Of a stretch of 64,000 nt of DNA, positions 9,114 to 18,609 are shown piece by piece. The stretch's first letter is position 1, and every line of letters starts with the position of its first letter. A model generated the notes under the pieces. The model was given only the letters and a program-made list of their open reading frames with translations, ran no database searches and had not been told where the DNA came from. The position numbers and the translations under genes were made by a program. The stretch comes from an uncultured delta proteobacterium. Lineage in GTDB: Bacteria > Myxococcota_A > Polyangia > Polyangiales > JAFGIB01. Where the stretch lies: assembly GCA_963778655.1 (NCBI GenBank), contig CAVZVA010000010.1:928001-992000 (forward strand). Direction: 5' to 3'.

Positions 9114-9575
9114 GTGCTGGTCCTGCTTCTCAGCGCCGTCCTGATCGGTGATCCGTTGCCGACGCTGTCTCTCATGTCGGTGGCCGGTGGGGAGCGCGTT
9201 GAGCTGCCCGCGCGTGGCCGCATCATGGTCATCGACCTCTTCGCAACATGGTGTCGCCCGTGTCGCGAAAGCCTCCCGGCGCTGGAGCGGCTGCAGCATC
9301 GCTACGGCGACCGCGTCGAGTTCGTCAGCATCGCAGAGGACGACGACGCGGCGCGGGTCGCGCGTTTCGTTCACCAGCTCCACGTTGGCGGACGGGTGCT
9401 GCTCGATCCGGACAGACGAGTATACCGGGCACTCGGCGCGCACGAGCTACCGACGACCTACGTCATCGATGACACGGGCGTCGTGCGGAAGATCAACAAC
9501 GGCTACGGGCACGGATACGAGGCGCGTGTCGCCGCCTGGCTCGAACACATCCTCGCGGGCAAGACGAGGCAATAG
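9114..9575 (+). CDS. TlpA-family thiol-disulfide oxidoreductase
   Basis: FATWCRPCRE and LPTTYVID motifs; N-terminal hydrophobic stretch; start uncertain (GTG 9114, TTG 9024, or out-of-frame ATG 9103). Confidence 0.85.
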   Translation: MLVLLLSAVLIGDPLPTLSLMSVAGGERVELPARGRIMVIDLFATWCRPCRESLPALERLQHRYGDRVEFVSIAEDDDAARVARFVHQLHVGGRVLLDPDRRVYRALGAHELPTTYVIDDTGVVRKINNGYGHGYEARVAAWLEHILAGKTRQ

Positions 9576-9694
9576 GGGGGCGTCCCGAGAACGGCGTCGA
9601 GGTGAGCCACAGCCGGGCGCCCGGCATGCGCTCTCGCGGCGTCGGACCGTTGCTCATGGTCAACGACATCGCAGAGCGGAGGTTTTCAGGGGGT

Positions 9695-9770
9695 GTGGAT
9701 CTCGTGCTGAGCAGCGATCACGTTTCGTTCGAGAGTTGCCGCGGAACGCGGCCCCGCGTGGGGAGGGCCC
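9695..9770. repeat. dispersed palindromic repeat, copy 1
   Basis: GTGGATCTCG.GCTGAGCA-N24-GCCGCGGAACGCGGCCCCGCGTGGGGAGGG also at 46981-47053. Confidence 0.75.
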
Positions 9771-9972
9771 GCAGGGCCGGCGTGCCGCCCCTCGTGAAGA
9801 AGCAGGGGTCTGGCCCCGCCAAATCAGCGCGTGGTGATCAGTACGAGAACCAGACCCTTCTCAGGCCGGATTTCGACCCCGTGATCGGGGAAGAGCGGAG
9901 GCTCGCCGGGCTCAGCCGCCGCCGGCGGTTGCTCGAGAGCGTGGTCTGCGCCGCGCCGCAGCCTTAGACCGA

Positions 9973-10505
9973 CGGCAAGGCGGTTTGGGGTACGCAGCGT
10001 TTGGAAAAGCTCAACCCCTTCGACACCCCCAAGACCCCGCGCCGCAAGGGCAAGCTCAACCCCACCTTCGCCGCCGGCAGCGCCGAAGGCCAGCGTCGAG
10101 GGCGTGCAATCGTGAAGGCCTTCCGTGCCGCCTCGTGCCGCCTATCGCGAGGCCCTTCACCAATGGCGTCACGGCCTCGCCTGCGTGTTCCCCGCCGGCA
10201 CCTTCTGGCTCGCACGCTTCGTGCGCGTCGCCTGCGTCCCGCTCGAGACCGCCTGCCCGGCTCTCGACAGCAGTTGGCCCCACCTGCATCGCCGAGTCCT
10301 GTTGCTCGCGCGGCGCGCGCGGACGGTAAGCTCCGTCCTGCGCGCATCGTCAATTGCAGCATTGCGTCCGCAACGGAGCGAGTGCACCGCTTTTGCTGCG
10401 GTCCTGGTACCCGAACGCGCCCCGACCGGCATCGGACCACGCCGCCCGGCCCATCCAGCACCCCCGCGGCCTTCCTCCCCACTCATCAACCTGGGACAGG
10501 AACCA
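9973..10505 (+). mobile_element. RAYT-like transposase family B, degenerate 3' remnant plus conserved tail
   Basis: Direct repeat of 12511-13033 with a 10-bp duplication (CGTGCCGCCT) causing a frameshift and TAG changed to TGG. Confidence 0.8.
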
Positions 10506-10841
10506 CGAGCCGAGCACGACCACGTGGGCGTGCGGGTTCAGAATCTCACGACGCTACCGGGATTCCTCGGGAGTGGAGGCAATCGCCGCAAACCGCGCGC
10601 CAGCGACCATGCAGAGCGCGGTACCTGTGCTTCCGCAAGATCGTGAAATGTCTCGATTCTACACGTGGCGCCGATCGCGCGACCCGCGGTCGAAATCCGG
10701 CGGAACCTCGCGATCGTTCCCACAGATCGACGCGGCTCAAGAATACCTCCGAGAGCATTCAGCGCAGTAGCGCTCACCGGCCTTCGGCCGGAGCTATGCG
10801 TCGGCTCGCGGCACGAGGCGTCCGCCTGACAAGCCGCTGCG

Positions 10842-12026
10842 CTACGCCTTCAGCGTCGGCATCGCTCGTCGCATGAACTCGTCGAACAGTGGCACGGTGA
10901 ACGCCATGTCGCCGTGAGCAGGGCTGTAGATCATGCCCTTCTTGATCAGCTTGGCGCGCACCGGACCGAGGCTCGTGACCTTGACGCCGAGGACGCCGGC
11001 GATGTCCCCTGTGCGCTGCGGACCTCCGCCCAGCTCGGCCATGGCGCGCAGGAAGTTTTTTTCGCTCGGCGTGCAGCGGTCGAATCGTACGAGGAAGAAG
11101 TTCTTGTCCAGGCGCGAAACCGCGGCGTGGGTCGCGCGCTCCACGATCTTCAGGGTGATCGGGCTCGCCTGCGCCAGGTTCCACGCGTGGTAGCCCCACT
11201 CCTGCAGAAAATACGGATAGCCCTGCGTGACCCGAAACACCTCTGCGAGCGCCTTGGCTTCGAATGACACGCGTGCGGCGCGCGCGGGCTCTTGGAGGGC
11301 CTTGGCCGCGTCGTCCCTGGACAGCGCACCGACTTCCGGAAAGCTGAAGAGTCGTTCGGCGTAGGACTTCGATTCTCCAGCAAGGCCGGGAAGAATCGGC
11401 AAGCCCGCGCCGAGCAGCACGAGCGGGAGCTGCCGCTGCTGCACCTTGTGCATCGCCATGATCAGGGCACCGAGCTCGGTCTGATTGAAGTACTGGATCT
11501 CGTCGATCAGGATGGCGACGGCGCTCTTGCGGTCCTCCGCAGCTTCGCCGATCGCCTGAAACAGGTTAGGCAGGTCGACCTCGAGATCGCCGCTGTCTGC
11601 GGCGCCCTTTTCCGGCTCGATGTCGAGGCCGATCGTGACGTCGCTGACCGTGAGCTTCAGGGCGCCGACGAAGCCGCGCAGAACGGCGAGACCCCGTCGG
11701 ACTTTGTGACCAGCACCCGCGATCCGGTCGAGGTCGTAAAGCAGCGTGCGCAGGTGGGGCGCGATCAAGGCTCCAAGCGGCTTGTCCTCGCGCGCTTCGA
11801 TGGCGATGGTCCGGAATCCCTCGCCGTCGGCCATTCTCTCGATCGCGTTGAGCAGCACCGTCTTGCCGACGCCGCGCAGACCGGTGAGCAGCATGCTCTT
11901 CTCGGGCCGCTTCTGCTTGGCGCGTCCGAGGAGCACCCGCGCCTGCTCGATAACCGGATCGCGCCCGACCAGCTCCGGCGGCGGCGCACCGGCACCCGGC
12001 GAAAACGGGTTCTTGATCGGGTCCAC
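10842..12026 (-). CDS. AAA-family P-loop ATPase with probable C-terminal winged helix
   Basis: NPFSPGAG..P..LVGR N-terminus, Walker A GLRGVGKT, Walker B ILIDE, GYPYFLQ, C-terminal R..LI.KG.IY. Confidence 0.9.
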   Translation of the reverse strand: MDPIKNPFSPGAGAPPPELVGRDPVIEQARVLLGRAKQKRPEKSMLLTGLRGVGKTVLLNAIERMADGEGFRTIAIEAREDKPLGALIAPHLRTLLYDLDRIAGAGHKVRRGLAVLRGFVGALKLTVSDVTIGLDIEPEKGAADSGDLEVDLPNLFQAIGEAAEDRKSAVAILIDEIQYFNQTELGALIMAMHKVQQRQLPLVLLGAGLPILPGLAGESKSYAERLFSFPEVGALSRDDAAKALQEPARAARVSFEAKALAEVFRVTQGYPYFLQEWGYHAWNLAQASPITLKIVERATHAAVSRLDKNFFLVRFDRCTPSEKNFLRAMAELGGGPQRTGDIAGVLGVKVTSLGPVRAKLIKKGMIYSPAHGDMAFTVPLFDEFMRRAMPTLKA

Positions 12027-12256
12027 AAGTGTAGCCGTTTATATCCATTTATACCCGTATGCAAGTATAAACGAGTCAAAATGCCTCTCGACCCGCACAC
12101 GCTGGCGGAACTGGCCGAGAGCGCCGGGCCCCGCCCGGCGAACGGGGAGCCGGCAGAAAAGTTGGTGAAGCCGCGCCGCTCGTCAAGGCGGCCATATGGA
12201 ACAGCCGTTTCGTCTCGCAGAGTCGGATTCCGTCGGCTGGCTACGCACCCGTCAAC

Positions 12257-12805
12257 GTGGTCAAGGCGCTGCTGGTGCGCGACTTCCGGGACTGGCACGG
12301 CGTGCGCTCGACCCCTGCGGACTGGCTCGCCGCGCCGGGCACGGTCAGGCGACCCGAGTTTCACTTCGGGCAGAAGGACAAGCGCTGGGCCGAGGTGCAG
12401 GCGCGCTACCCGCCGGCGCTCGCCGACCGCGACCCGCAGCGCGTGGTCGCCGACATGGAAGCGCTGATCGCGGAGCGCCAACGCGCGATCCGCGTCCAGG
12501 CCGCACGTGCCGGCAAGGCGTTTTGGGGTACGCAGCGTTTGGAAAAGCTCAACCCCTTCGACACCCCCAAGACCCCGCGCCGCAAGGGCAAGCTCAACCC
12601 CACCTTCGCCGCCGGCAGCGCCGAAGGCCAGCGTCGAGGGCGTGCAATCGTGAAGGCCTTCCGTGCCGCCTATCGCGAGGCCCTTCACAAATGGCGTCAC
12701 GGCCTCGCCTGCGTGTTCCCCGCCGGCACCTTCTGGCTCGCACGCTTCGCGCGCGTCACCTGCGCCCCGCTCGAGACCGCCTGCCCGGCTCTCGACAGCA
12801 GTTAG
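12257..12805 (+). pseudogene. RAYT-like transposase family B, C-terminal half
   Basis: PFDTPKT..LNPTFAA..FRAAYREAL..WR.G..CVFPAGTFWL tail, related to the FPPGTY tail of family A; catalytic N-terminus missing. Confidence 0.7.
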
Positions 12806-13073
12806 CCCCACCTGCATCGCCGAGTCCTGTTGCTCGCGCAGCGCGCGCGGACGGTAAGCTCCGTCCTGCGCGCATCGTCAATTGCAGCATTGCGTCCGCA
12901 ACGGAGCGAGTGCACCGCTTTTGCTGCGGTCCTGGTACCCGAACGCGCCCCGACCGGCATCGGACCACGCCGCCCGGCCCATCCAGCACCCCCGCGGCCT
13001 TCCTCCCCACTCATCAACCTGGGACAGGAACCAAGACCGCAGCAACACCTCGCGCCGCGTCAGCGCGGCCTTC

Positions 13074-13173
13074 GCCGCTGCCGACCCCGCCCTCTCCCTC
13101 GACGGTCAACCCGGGACAGGGATGCCGCTGCCGACCCCGCCCTCTCCCTCGACGGTCAGCCCGGGCAGGGATC
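13074..13173. repeat. ~50-bp tandem repeat x2 downstream of element B
   Basis: GCCGCTGCCGACCCCGCCCTCTCCCTCGACGGTCARCCCGGG(A)CAGGGAT at 13074 and 13124. Confidence 0.85.
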
Positions 13174-13404
13174 CCGCGGGTTTGGGAATTGCGATGGTGC
13201 CCTAAGTGAGCGTCGCCCCGACTCACATGCGATGCGACCGAACCTTGTCGCGATTCGGCGCTATCCACGGGAAATTGTTGACATCTGAGCCACCGTGCAC
13301 CCACCAAAGACAGATGCTTGAGTAGGCCTTACGGCCGAAGAAGCACCAAGTTCTCCGGGTTGTCCGTTGAGGCACATCGAGCGGAGCTGTAGAAATCAGC
13401 CATC

Positions 13405-14011
13405 ATGGGGGTTCGGGAGAAGAAGCTGCTGTACCACCTGACCGAAGTGGGCAATTTCGAGCAGCATTGTCTCCCGCGGTCTTTGTTCGCGGCGTCTGCT
13501 GCAGACCTCGGGCAACGCGTTCGCCGATCACGCCGACTCCGAGATCCTCGAGGGCCGAGCCGAGCATGACCTCGACGCGTTCGTCCCCTTCCACTTCTTT
13601 GCGCGGAACCCGTTTGATTACGCCGTGATCAGGAACGCTTCTGCGAAGCAGTTCGTACTCATCGCGGTGCCTCGAAGCTACGCACGCGCGAACGGGTGGC
13701 GGATTGTCCCACGGCATCCGTTGTCTTTTGCGCAGCCCCCAGAAGTCCTCGATTGGGATCAAGGAATGGATCGGATCGAATGGGCTCAGATGGATAAGCA
13801 GGGCCGCGACTGGGAGAATGACCACGACTGCAAGTTGGCCTGCATGGCGGAGGCACTAAGTCCGACCATCGTCGCAGTGCAAGCGTTTCAAGCGCTGTAT
13901 GTCGCGAGCGAATCGGCCCAAGCTATTGTGGCTCAGGTGTTCCAGAGCGCGAACGTCCGGTCGTGTCATCTGAACCTCATGCCCCGGATGTTCCCGAAGG
14001 GAGCGCGATGA
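13405..14011 (+). pseudogene. darT: DarT DNA ADP-ribosyltransferase toxin (DUF4433) with +1 frameshift near 13462
   Basis: Frame 1 from ATG 13405 gives MGVREKKLLYHLTEVGNFE; frame 2 continues SIVSRGLCSR..FVPFHFFARNPFDY..CMAEAL; stop overlaps darG start (ATGA). Confidence 0.85.
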
Positions 14012-15039
14012 GGATGCCAATGGTTCGCTTTGTCCAAGGCAATCTCTTCGAGAGTCGAGCAGAAGCGCTCGTCAACACCGTCAACTGCGTTGGTGTGATG
14101 GGAAAAGGTATCGCCTACCAGTTCAAGCGCGCATACCCGGAGATGTTCAAGGACTACCAACGCCGATGCAAAATCGGCCAGATCCGCACTGGGGAGGTCA
14201 CGAGCTATCGTGAACGCGGCAAGGTGATCGTCAACTTCCCAACGAAGGATCACTGGAAGGCGCGTTCACAACTCAACGATGTTGAAGCTGGGCTCAGTGC
14301 TCTTCGCGAGTTCATTGTCCGTGAGAAATTGAAGTCCATCGCGATCCCACCGCTTGGCTGCGGAAATGGCGGCTTGGCTTGGGCCGACGTTCGCGAACGA
14401 ATTGAGCAGCAACTGCGCGACCTGCCGGGCGTTGATGTCGAGGTCTACGAGCCGGTCGGGCAGTTCAGTTCGAGCGTTGCCGAGGAGCCTCGTCTGTCGC
14501 TGGGACACTTCATCTTGGTCGGACTCCGAGCAGAGCTGCAAGAGCCGAAGAAGCTGGTTTTGCAGAAGGCAGCCTACTTCTTCAACGTGTTTGCCGGCGA
14601 GGAGTACTTCCGCTTCAAGGCTTACCGCTATGGTCCGTACTCGTCCGCGCTCGACCCGATGTTCAAGACTATCAAGGACTACTTGGAATTCACCGGGGTG
14701 CCCCGAACGCGGCTCGTTGAACTTGGCCTGACCACAAAGCTCAAGGGTAAAGACGCCGACCGCATGAAGGACATGCTTCCAGCCGTGCGGGCAGCAGCGA
14801 AGTATTGCAATGGGCATCTCAGAGATCTTGAAGCACTAGCTACGGCGCACGCGGTGGTTGTCGAGAACCCACCGACCCAAGAGTCCCGGGCTATCCAGAA
14901 GTTCTTGAGTTGGTCCGAGGAGAAGTCGCAGAAGTTCGATGCTGAGGACGTGCGCCGAGCGTTGTCGCAGCTCGAAGCCGACGGCTTGATCCGCAACACG
15001 TTGCTCGGATACGAGCCGGTCGCTCGGCGCCCTTCGTGA
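14008..15039 (+). CDS. darG: DarG macrodomain ADP-ribosylglycohydrolase antitoxin
   Basis: GNLF..AEALVNTVNCVGVMGKGIA.QFK, NFPTK.HW and SIAIPPLGCGNGGL.W motifs; C-terminal LQK..YF/YGPYS domain; coupled to darT. Confidence 0.92.
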   Translation: MRMPMVRFVQGNLFESRAEALVNTVNCVGVMGKGIAYQFKRAYPEMFKDYQRRCKIGQIRTGEVTSYRERGKVIVNFPTKDHWKARSQLNDVEAGLSALREFIVREKLKSIAIPPLGCGNGGLAWADVRERIEQQLRDLPGVDVEVYEPVGQFSSSVAEEPRLSLGHFILVGLRAELQEPKKLVLQKAAYFFNVFAGEEYFRFKAYRYGPYSSALDPMFKTIKDYLEFTGVPRTRLVELGLTTKLKGKDADRMKDMLPAVRAAAKYCNGHLRDLEALATAHAVVVENPPTQESRAIQKFLSWSEEKSQKFDAEDVRRALSQLEADGLIRNTLLGYEPVARRPS

Positions 15040-15152
15040 ACTCGCCACCACAATCAACATCACAGCTCACCCCTTGAGCAGCCGTAACCACTTCTGCTGC
15101 CTCGTGTTTTCGCCGATCCGCGCTCGGCTTGAAGCTCCCGTGTCGGCAGTCT

Positions 15153-16226
15153 TCAAAACAACCGCCCCTGATCCCTCACCGGCAGCGGTACCCCAACATG
15201 CTCGTACGCCTTATCCGTCACCACTCTTCCCCGCGCCGTCCGCGCCAAAAACCCCTGCTGCAACAAGAACGGCTCGTACACGTCTTCCAGCGTGTCCCGC
15301 GGCTCACTCACCACCGCCGCCAGCGTGTCGATCCCCACGGGGCCGCCCTTGTAATGCTCGATGATTACTTGCAGCAACCGCCGGTCCATCGCGTCCAGCC
15401 CGGCGCCGTCGACCTCCAGCCTCGTCAACGCTTCATCGGCGATCTTCCTATCGATCGCCCCGTCGCCGAGCACGCTGGCGAAGTCGCGGGCGCGGCGCAG
15501 TAGGCGGTTGGCGATGCGCGGCGTGCCGCGGGCGCGGCGCGCGAGCTCGGTCGCCGCGTCCTCCTCCAGCGCGATCTTCAACAAGCGCGCGCTGCGGCGG
15601 ACGATCTCTGCGAGCTCTTCGGGCGGGTAGTAGTCGAGGCGCTCCACGATGCCGAAGCGCGAGAGCATGGGGTTGGTGAGCAGACCGGTGCGGGTGGTGG
15701 CGCCGATCAGGGTGAAGGGCGCGAGCGGGAGCTGCAGCGTCGCGGCATACGGCCCGTCGCCCTGCACGATGTCGATGCGGAAGTCCTCGACCGCGGTGTA
15801 GAGGTTTTCCTCGATCACCGGGCTCAGGCGGTGGATCTCGTCGATGAACAGCACGTCGCCGCGCTCCATACGCGTGAGTAGCGCGGCGAGCTGGCCCTTG
15901 TGCTCGATCGCCGGCCCGTGCGCGGTGGCGACGTTGGCGCCGAGCTCCTTGCCCAGGATGTGCGCGACGGTGGTCTTGCCCAGGCCGGGCGGGCCGCACA
16001 GCAGCACGTGGTCGAGCGGCTCGCCACGTTGCTTGGCGGCCTGCACGTAGACCTGCAGGTTGCCCATGATCTTGCGCTGGCCCACGAACTCGTCGAAGCG
16101 CAGCGGCCGCAGCGCGCGGTCGAGGTCGCGATCGTCGCTGCCTGCTTCCGCGTCGACCACGCGGCCGTCGCCGTTGCTGCCGTTCTGCTGCTTGGCGTTC
16201 ACGCCGGATGCTCCTGTGTCTCGCAT
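15153..16226 (-). CDS. ruvB: Holliday junction branch migration helicase RuvB
   Basis: [50 protein letters not shown]. Confidence 0.98.
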   Translation of the reverse strand: MRDTGASGVNAKQQNGSNGDGRVVDAEAGSDDRDLDRALRPLRFDEFVGQRKIMGNLQVYVQAAKQRGEPLDHVLLCGPPGLGKTTVAHILGKELGANVATAHGPAIEHKGQLAALLTRMERGDVLFIDEIHRLSPVIEENLYTAVEDFRIDIVQGDGPYAATLQLPLAPFTLIGATTRTGLLTNPMLSRFGIVERLDYYPPEELAEIVRRSARLLKIALEEDAATELARRARGTPRIANRLLRRARDFASVLGDGAIDRKIADEALTRLEVDGAGLDAMDRRLLQVIIEHYKGGPVGIDTLAAVVSEPRDTLEDVYEPFLLQQGFLARTARGRVVTDKAYEHVGVPLPVRDQGRLF

Positions 16227-16239
16227 GCCGCGCGCGCCT

Positions 16240-16848
16240 TCATGCCAGCGTCGAGAGCGCCTGGCGGATCAAGTGCTCGAGCGGCGCGGCTTCGTCCTCG
16301 GGGCCGACCACCTTGCGTGCCGCGCTCTCGGCCTGGACGCGCGTGAACCCGAGGCCCTGCAGCGCGCTCATCACCTCGCCCGCGCGACCGGGCACGTCCA
16401 CCGCGGGCGGCGTGGTCGCGCCCGGCATGGGCGCGCCGGGCAGCGCGGGCAGCTTGTCTTTGAGCTCGAGCACCAGCCGCTCGGCCATCTTCTTGCCGAT
16501 GCCCGAGACCTTGGCCAGGCGGTTCTTGTCGCCGCGCGCGACCGCCGCGCCCACCTCCGCGGCCGTCATCTCGGAGAGGATCGCCATCGCCAGCCTGGGG
16601 CCGACGCCGGTCACCGCGAGCATCAGCCGGAACGCGGCGCGGTCGAGCGCGCTGTCGAAGCCGTAGAGGCGGATCATTTCCTCGCGCACGTGGGTGTGCA
16701 CGTGCAGCGTGACCGCGTTGGGCAGTGACGGCAGCCGCGCCGCCGTGCGCAGCGGCACGAACACCTCGTAGCCGACGCCTTGCACGTCGAGCACGCAGCA
16801 GCCGTCCGGGCCCCAGTCGAGGGCCACGCCGGTGAGCCGGCCGATCAC
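16240..16848 (-). CDS. ruvA: Holliday junction branch migration protein RuvA
   Basis: MIGRLTG, GVGYEV, LYGF, HhH motifs GVGPRLA and [17 protein letters not shown]. Confidence 0.97.
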   Translation of the reverse strand: MIGRLTGVALDWGPDGCCVLDVQGVGYEVFVPLRTAARLPSLPNAVTLHVHTHVREEMIRLYGFDSALDRAAFRLMLAVTGVGPRLAMAILSEMTAAEVGAAVARGDKNRLAKVSGIGKKMAERLVLELKDKLPALPGAPMPGATTPPAVDVPGRAGEVMSALQGLGFTRVQAESAARKVVGPEDEAAPLEHLIRQALSTLA

Positions 16849-16967
16849 GCGCCGACACTAGCACAAGACCTGAACGTCCGGGCAGTTTGTGACACGAAAA
16901 CCGGCCCGGCGGAGGCCGGCGCTTGCGCCGCGCGTGCGCGGCCCGTGCCCTTGCCGACGCGCCGCGG

Positions 16968-17258
16968 TCAGCCCGAGATCGCGGCGTCGTCCAGATAGCA
17001 CCACACCCAGGTCTCGCCGGGCTCGGCCGAGGTGATGATGGGGTGGCGGGTCTCGTGGAAGTGCTTGGTGGCGTGGCGGTTGGGTGAGGAGTCGCAGCAG
17101 CCGACGTGGCCGCACTGCAGGCACACGCGCAGGTGCAGCCAGCTTCCGCCGATGCGCAGGCAGTCCTCGCAACCGGCGCCCGGCCGCTCCACCTGGCGGA
17201 CCGTCACCGCCGTGGCCACGTGCTCGCAGGGTTCCTCGATCCGCACGGTCTCGAACAT
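16968..17258 (-). CDS. UBP-type zinc finger protein
   Basis: CEH..CEDCL..W.HLRVCL.CGHVGCCDSSPNRHATKHF..T.HPII.S.EPGE.W.WCY; ATG 17258. Confidence 0.9.
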   Translation of the reverse strand: MFETVRIEEPCEHVATAVTVRQVERPGAGCEDCLRIGGSWLHLRVCLQCGHVGCCDSSPNRHATKHFHETRHPIITSAEPGETWVWCYLDDAAISG

Positions 17259-17383
17259 TTCTTGCCACCCTTTGCCACATCGGGGCCCGCGCGCCAGCGA
17301 AAGCGGCCGCCGGCTGCCACTGGTTTCCGCTTGGCCCCACCGCGCCTGCGCGGCAACACCCCGTCCCTCGCCCCCCGCGCGCG

Positions 17384-17860
17384 CTACTTGCGCCGCGCCA
17401 TCACTGCGTGCGCGTGGGTGATGGCGATCGCCAGCGCGTCGGTCGCGTCCGCGGCCGGCAGCGTGCGCCAGCCGAGCATGGCGCACACGATGCGGGCGAG
17501 CTGGTCCTTGGGGGCCTGGCCGCGACCTGCCACCGAGCGCTTGACCAGCGCGGGCGGGTAGGCGCCGATCTCGAGCCCTGCGCGCGCGCCTGCCAGCAAC
17601 GCCACGCCGCGCGCCTGACCCAGCACGAGCGCGGAGCGGGCGTGCTTGGAGAACACGTCTTCGACGGCCATGCAGGTCGGGTGGTGCTGCTCGATCAGCG
17701 CGCACAGCCCGTCGTAGATGCACAGCAGCCGCCGCGGCAGCGGCGCGTCGCGCCCGGTCTGGATCACGCCCGCGTCGATGCCGACCAGCCGCGGCCCGGC
17801 GCGGCGCACCAGCCCCCAGCCGGTGCGCAGCGTGCCCGGGTCGACGCCCAGGACGATCAT
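17384..17860 (-). CDS. ruvC: crossover junction endodeoxyribonuclease RuvC
   Basis: LGVDPG..TGWG, AVEDVF, LGQARG, DATDALAIA. Confidence 0.97.
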   Translation of the reverse strand: MIVLGVDPGTLRTGWGLVRRAGPRLVGIDAGVIQTGRDAPLPRRLLCIYDGLCALIEQHHPTCMAVEDVFSKHARSALVLGQARGVALLAGARAGLEIGAYPPALVKRSVAGRGQAPKDQLARIVCAMLGWRTLPAADATDALAIAITHAHAVMARRK

Positions 17861-18609
17861 GCTTGTTCGAGCGAGGCCACCGCTTCGTCCGACAGGTCGA
17901 AGTCGCTATAGACCTTCTGCACGTCGTCGTGGTCCTCGAGCGCCTCGACCAAGTTGATCAGCACCTCGGCGTCGCGGCCGCTCACCACCTTCTTGTTCTT
18001 GGGCAGCTTGGCGAGCTCGGCCGCGGCCACTTCGATGCCGGCCGAGACCAGCGCCTTCTGCACCGCGTCGAGGTCGGCCTTTTCAGTCGTGATCAGCCAG
18101 CTTTCGTCCAAGTCCTCGATGTCGTCGGCGCCCGCGCCCGCGGCCGCCTCGAAGATGCTGTCCTCGCTGGCGTGCTCCTTGGCCACCGTGATCACACCCT
18201 TCTCGTCGAAGGCCCAGGCTGCCGAGCCGGCGCTGCCGAGCTGGCCGTTGTGCAGGTCGAAGATCTTGCGCAGCTCGGGGTTGGTGCGGTTGCGGTTATC
18301 GGTCACCACGTCGAGCAGAAACAGCGTGCCCGCGGGGCCCACGCCCTCGTAGGTGAGCTCCTCGTAGCTCACGCCTTCGAGCTCGCCGGTGCCCTTCTTG
18401 ATCGCGCGCGTGATGTTGTCACCGGGCATGTTGACCGCGCGCGCCGCGTCGATCGCGTGCCGCAGCCGCGGGTTGCCGCCAGGGTCGCCGCCGCCTATGC
18501 GCGCGGCGATCGTCACTTCTTTGATCAGCTTGGTGAACGTCTTGCCGCGCTTGGCGTCGGCCGCGCCCTTCTTGTGCTTGATGGTGGACCATCGACTGTG
18601 GCCGCTCAT
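17857..18609 (-). CDS. yebC: YebC/PmpR family protein
   Basis: MSGHSRWSTIKHKKG..DAKRGK, TDNRNRT, LEDHDDVQKVY; usual position upstream of ruvC. Confidence 0.97.
   Translation of the reverse strand: MSGHSRWSTIKHKKGAADAKRGKTFTKLIKEVTIAARIGGGDPGGNPRLRHAIDAARAVNMPGDNITRAIKKGTGELEGVSYEELTYEGVGPAGTLFLLDVVTDNRNRTNPELRKIFDLHNGQLGSAGSAAWAFDEKGVITVAKEHASEDSIFEAAAGAGADDIEDLDESWLITTEKADLDAVQKALVSAGIEVAAAELAKLPKNKKVVSGRDAEVLINLVEALEDHDDVQKVYSDFDLSDEAVASLEQA

Noticed and set aside
10820..10841. attC-like 3' half (GCAGCGGCTTGTCAGGC on the - strand) right after the AAA ATPase stop; a weaker one near 15055-15072
   Set aside because: No matching inverse core, GTT is degenerate, and no integron integrase is present
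13278..13316. TTGACA -35 box upstream of darT
   Set aside because: No acceptable -10 box at 16-18 nt spacing
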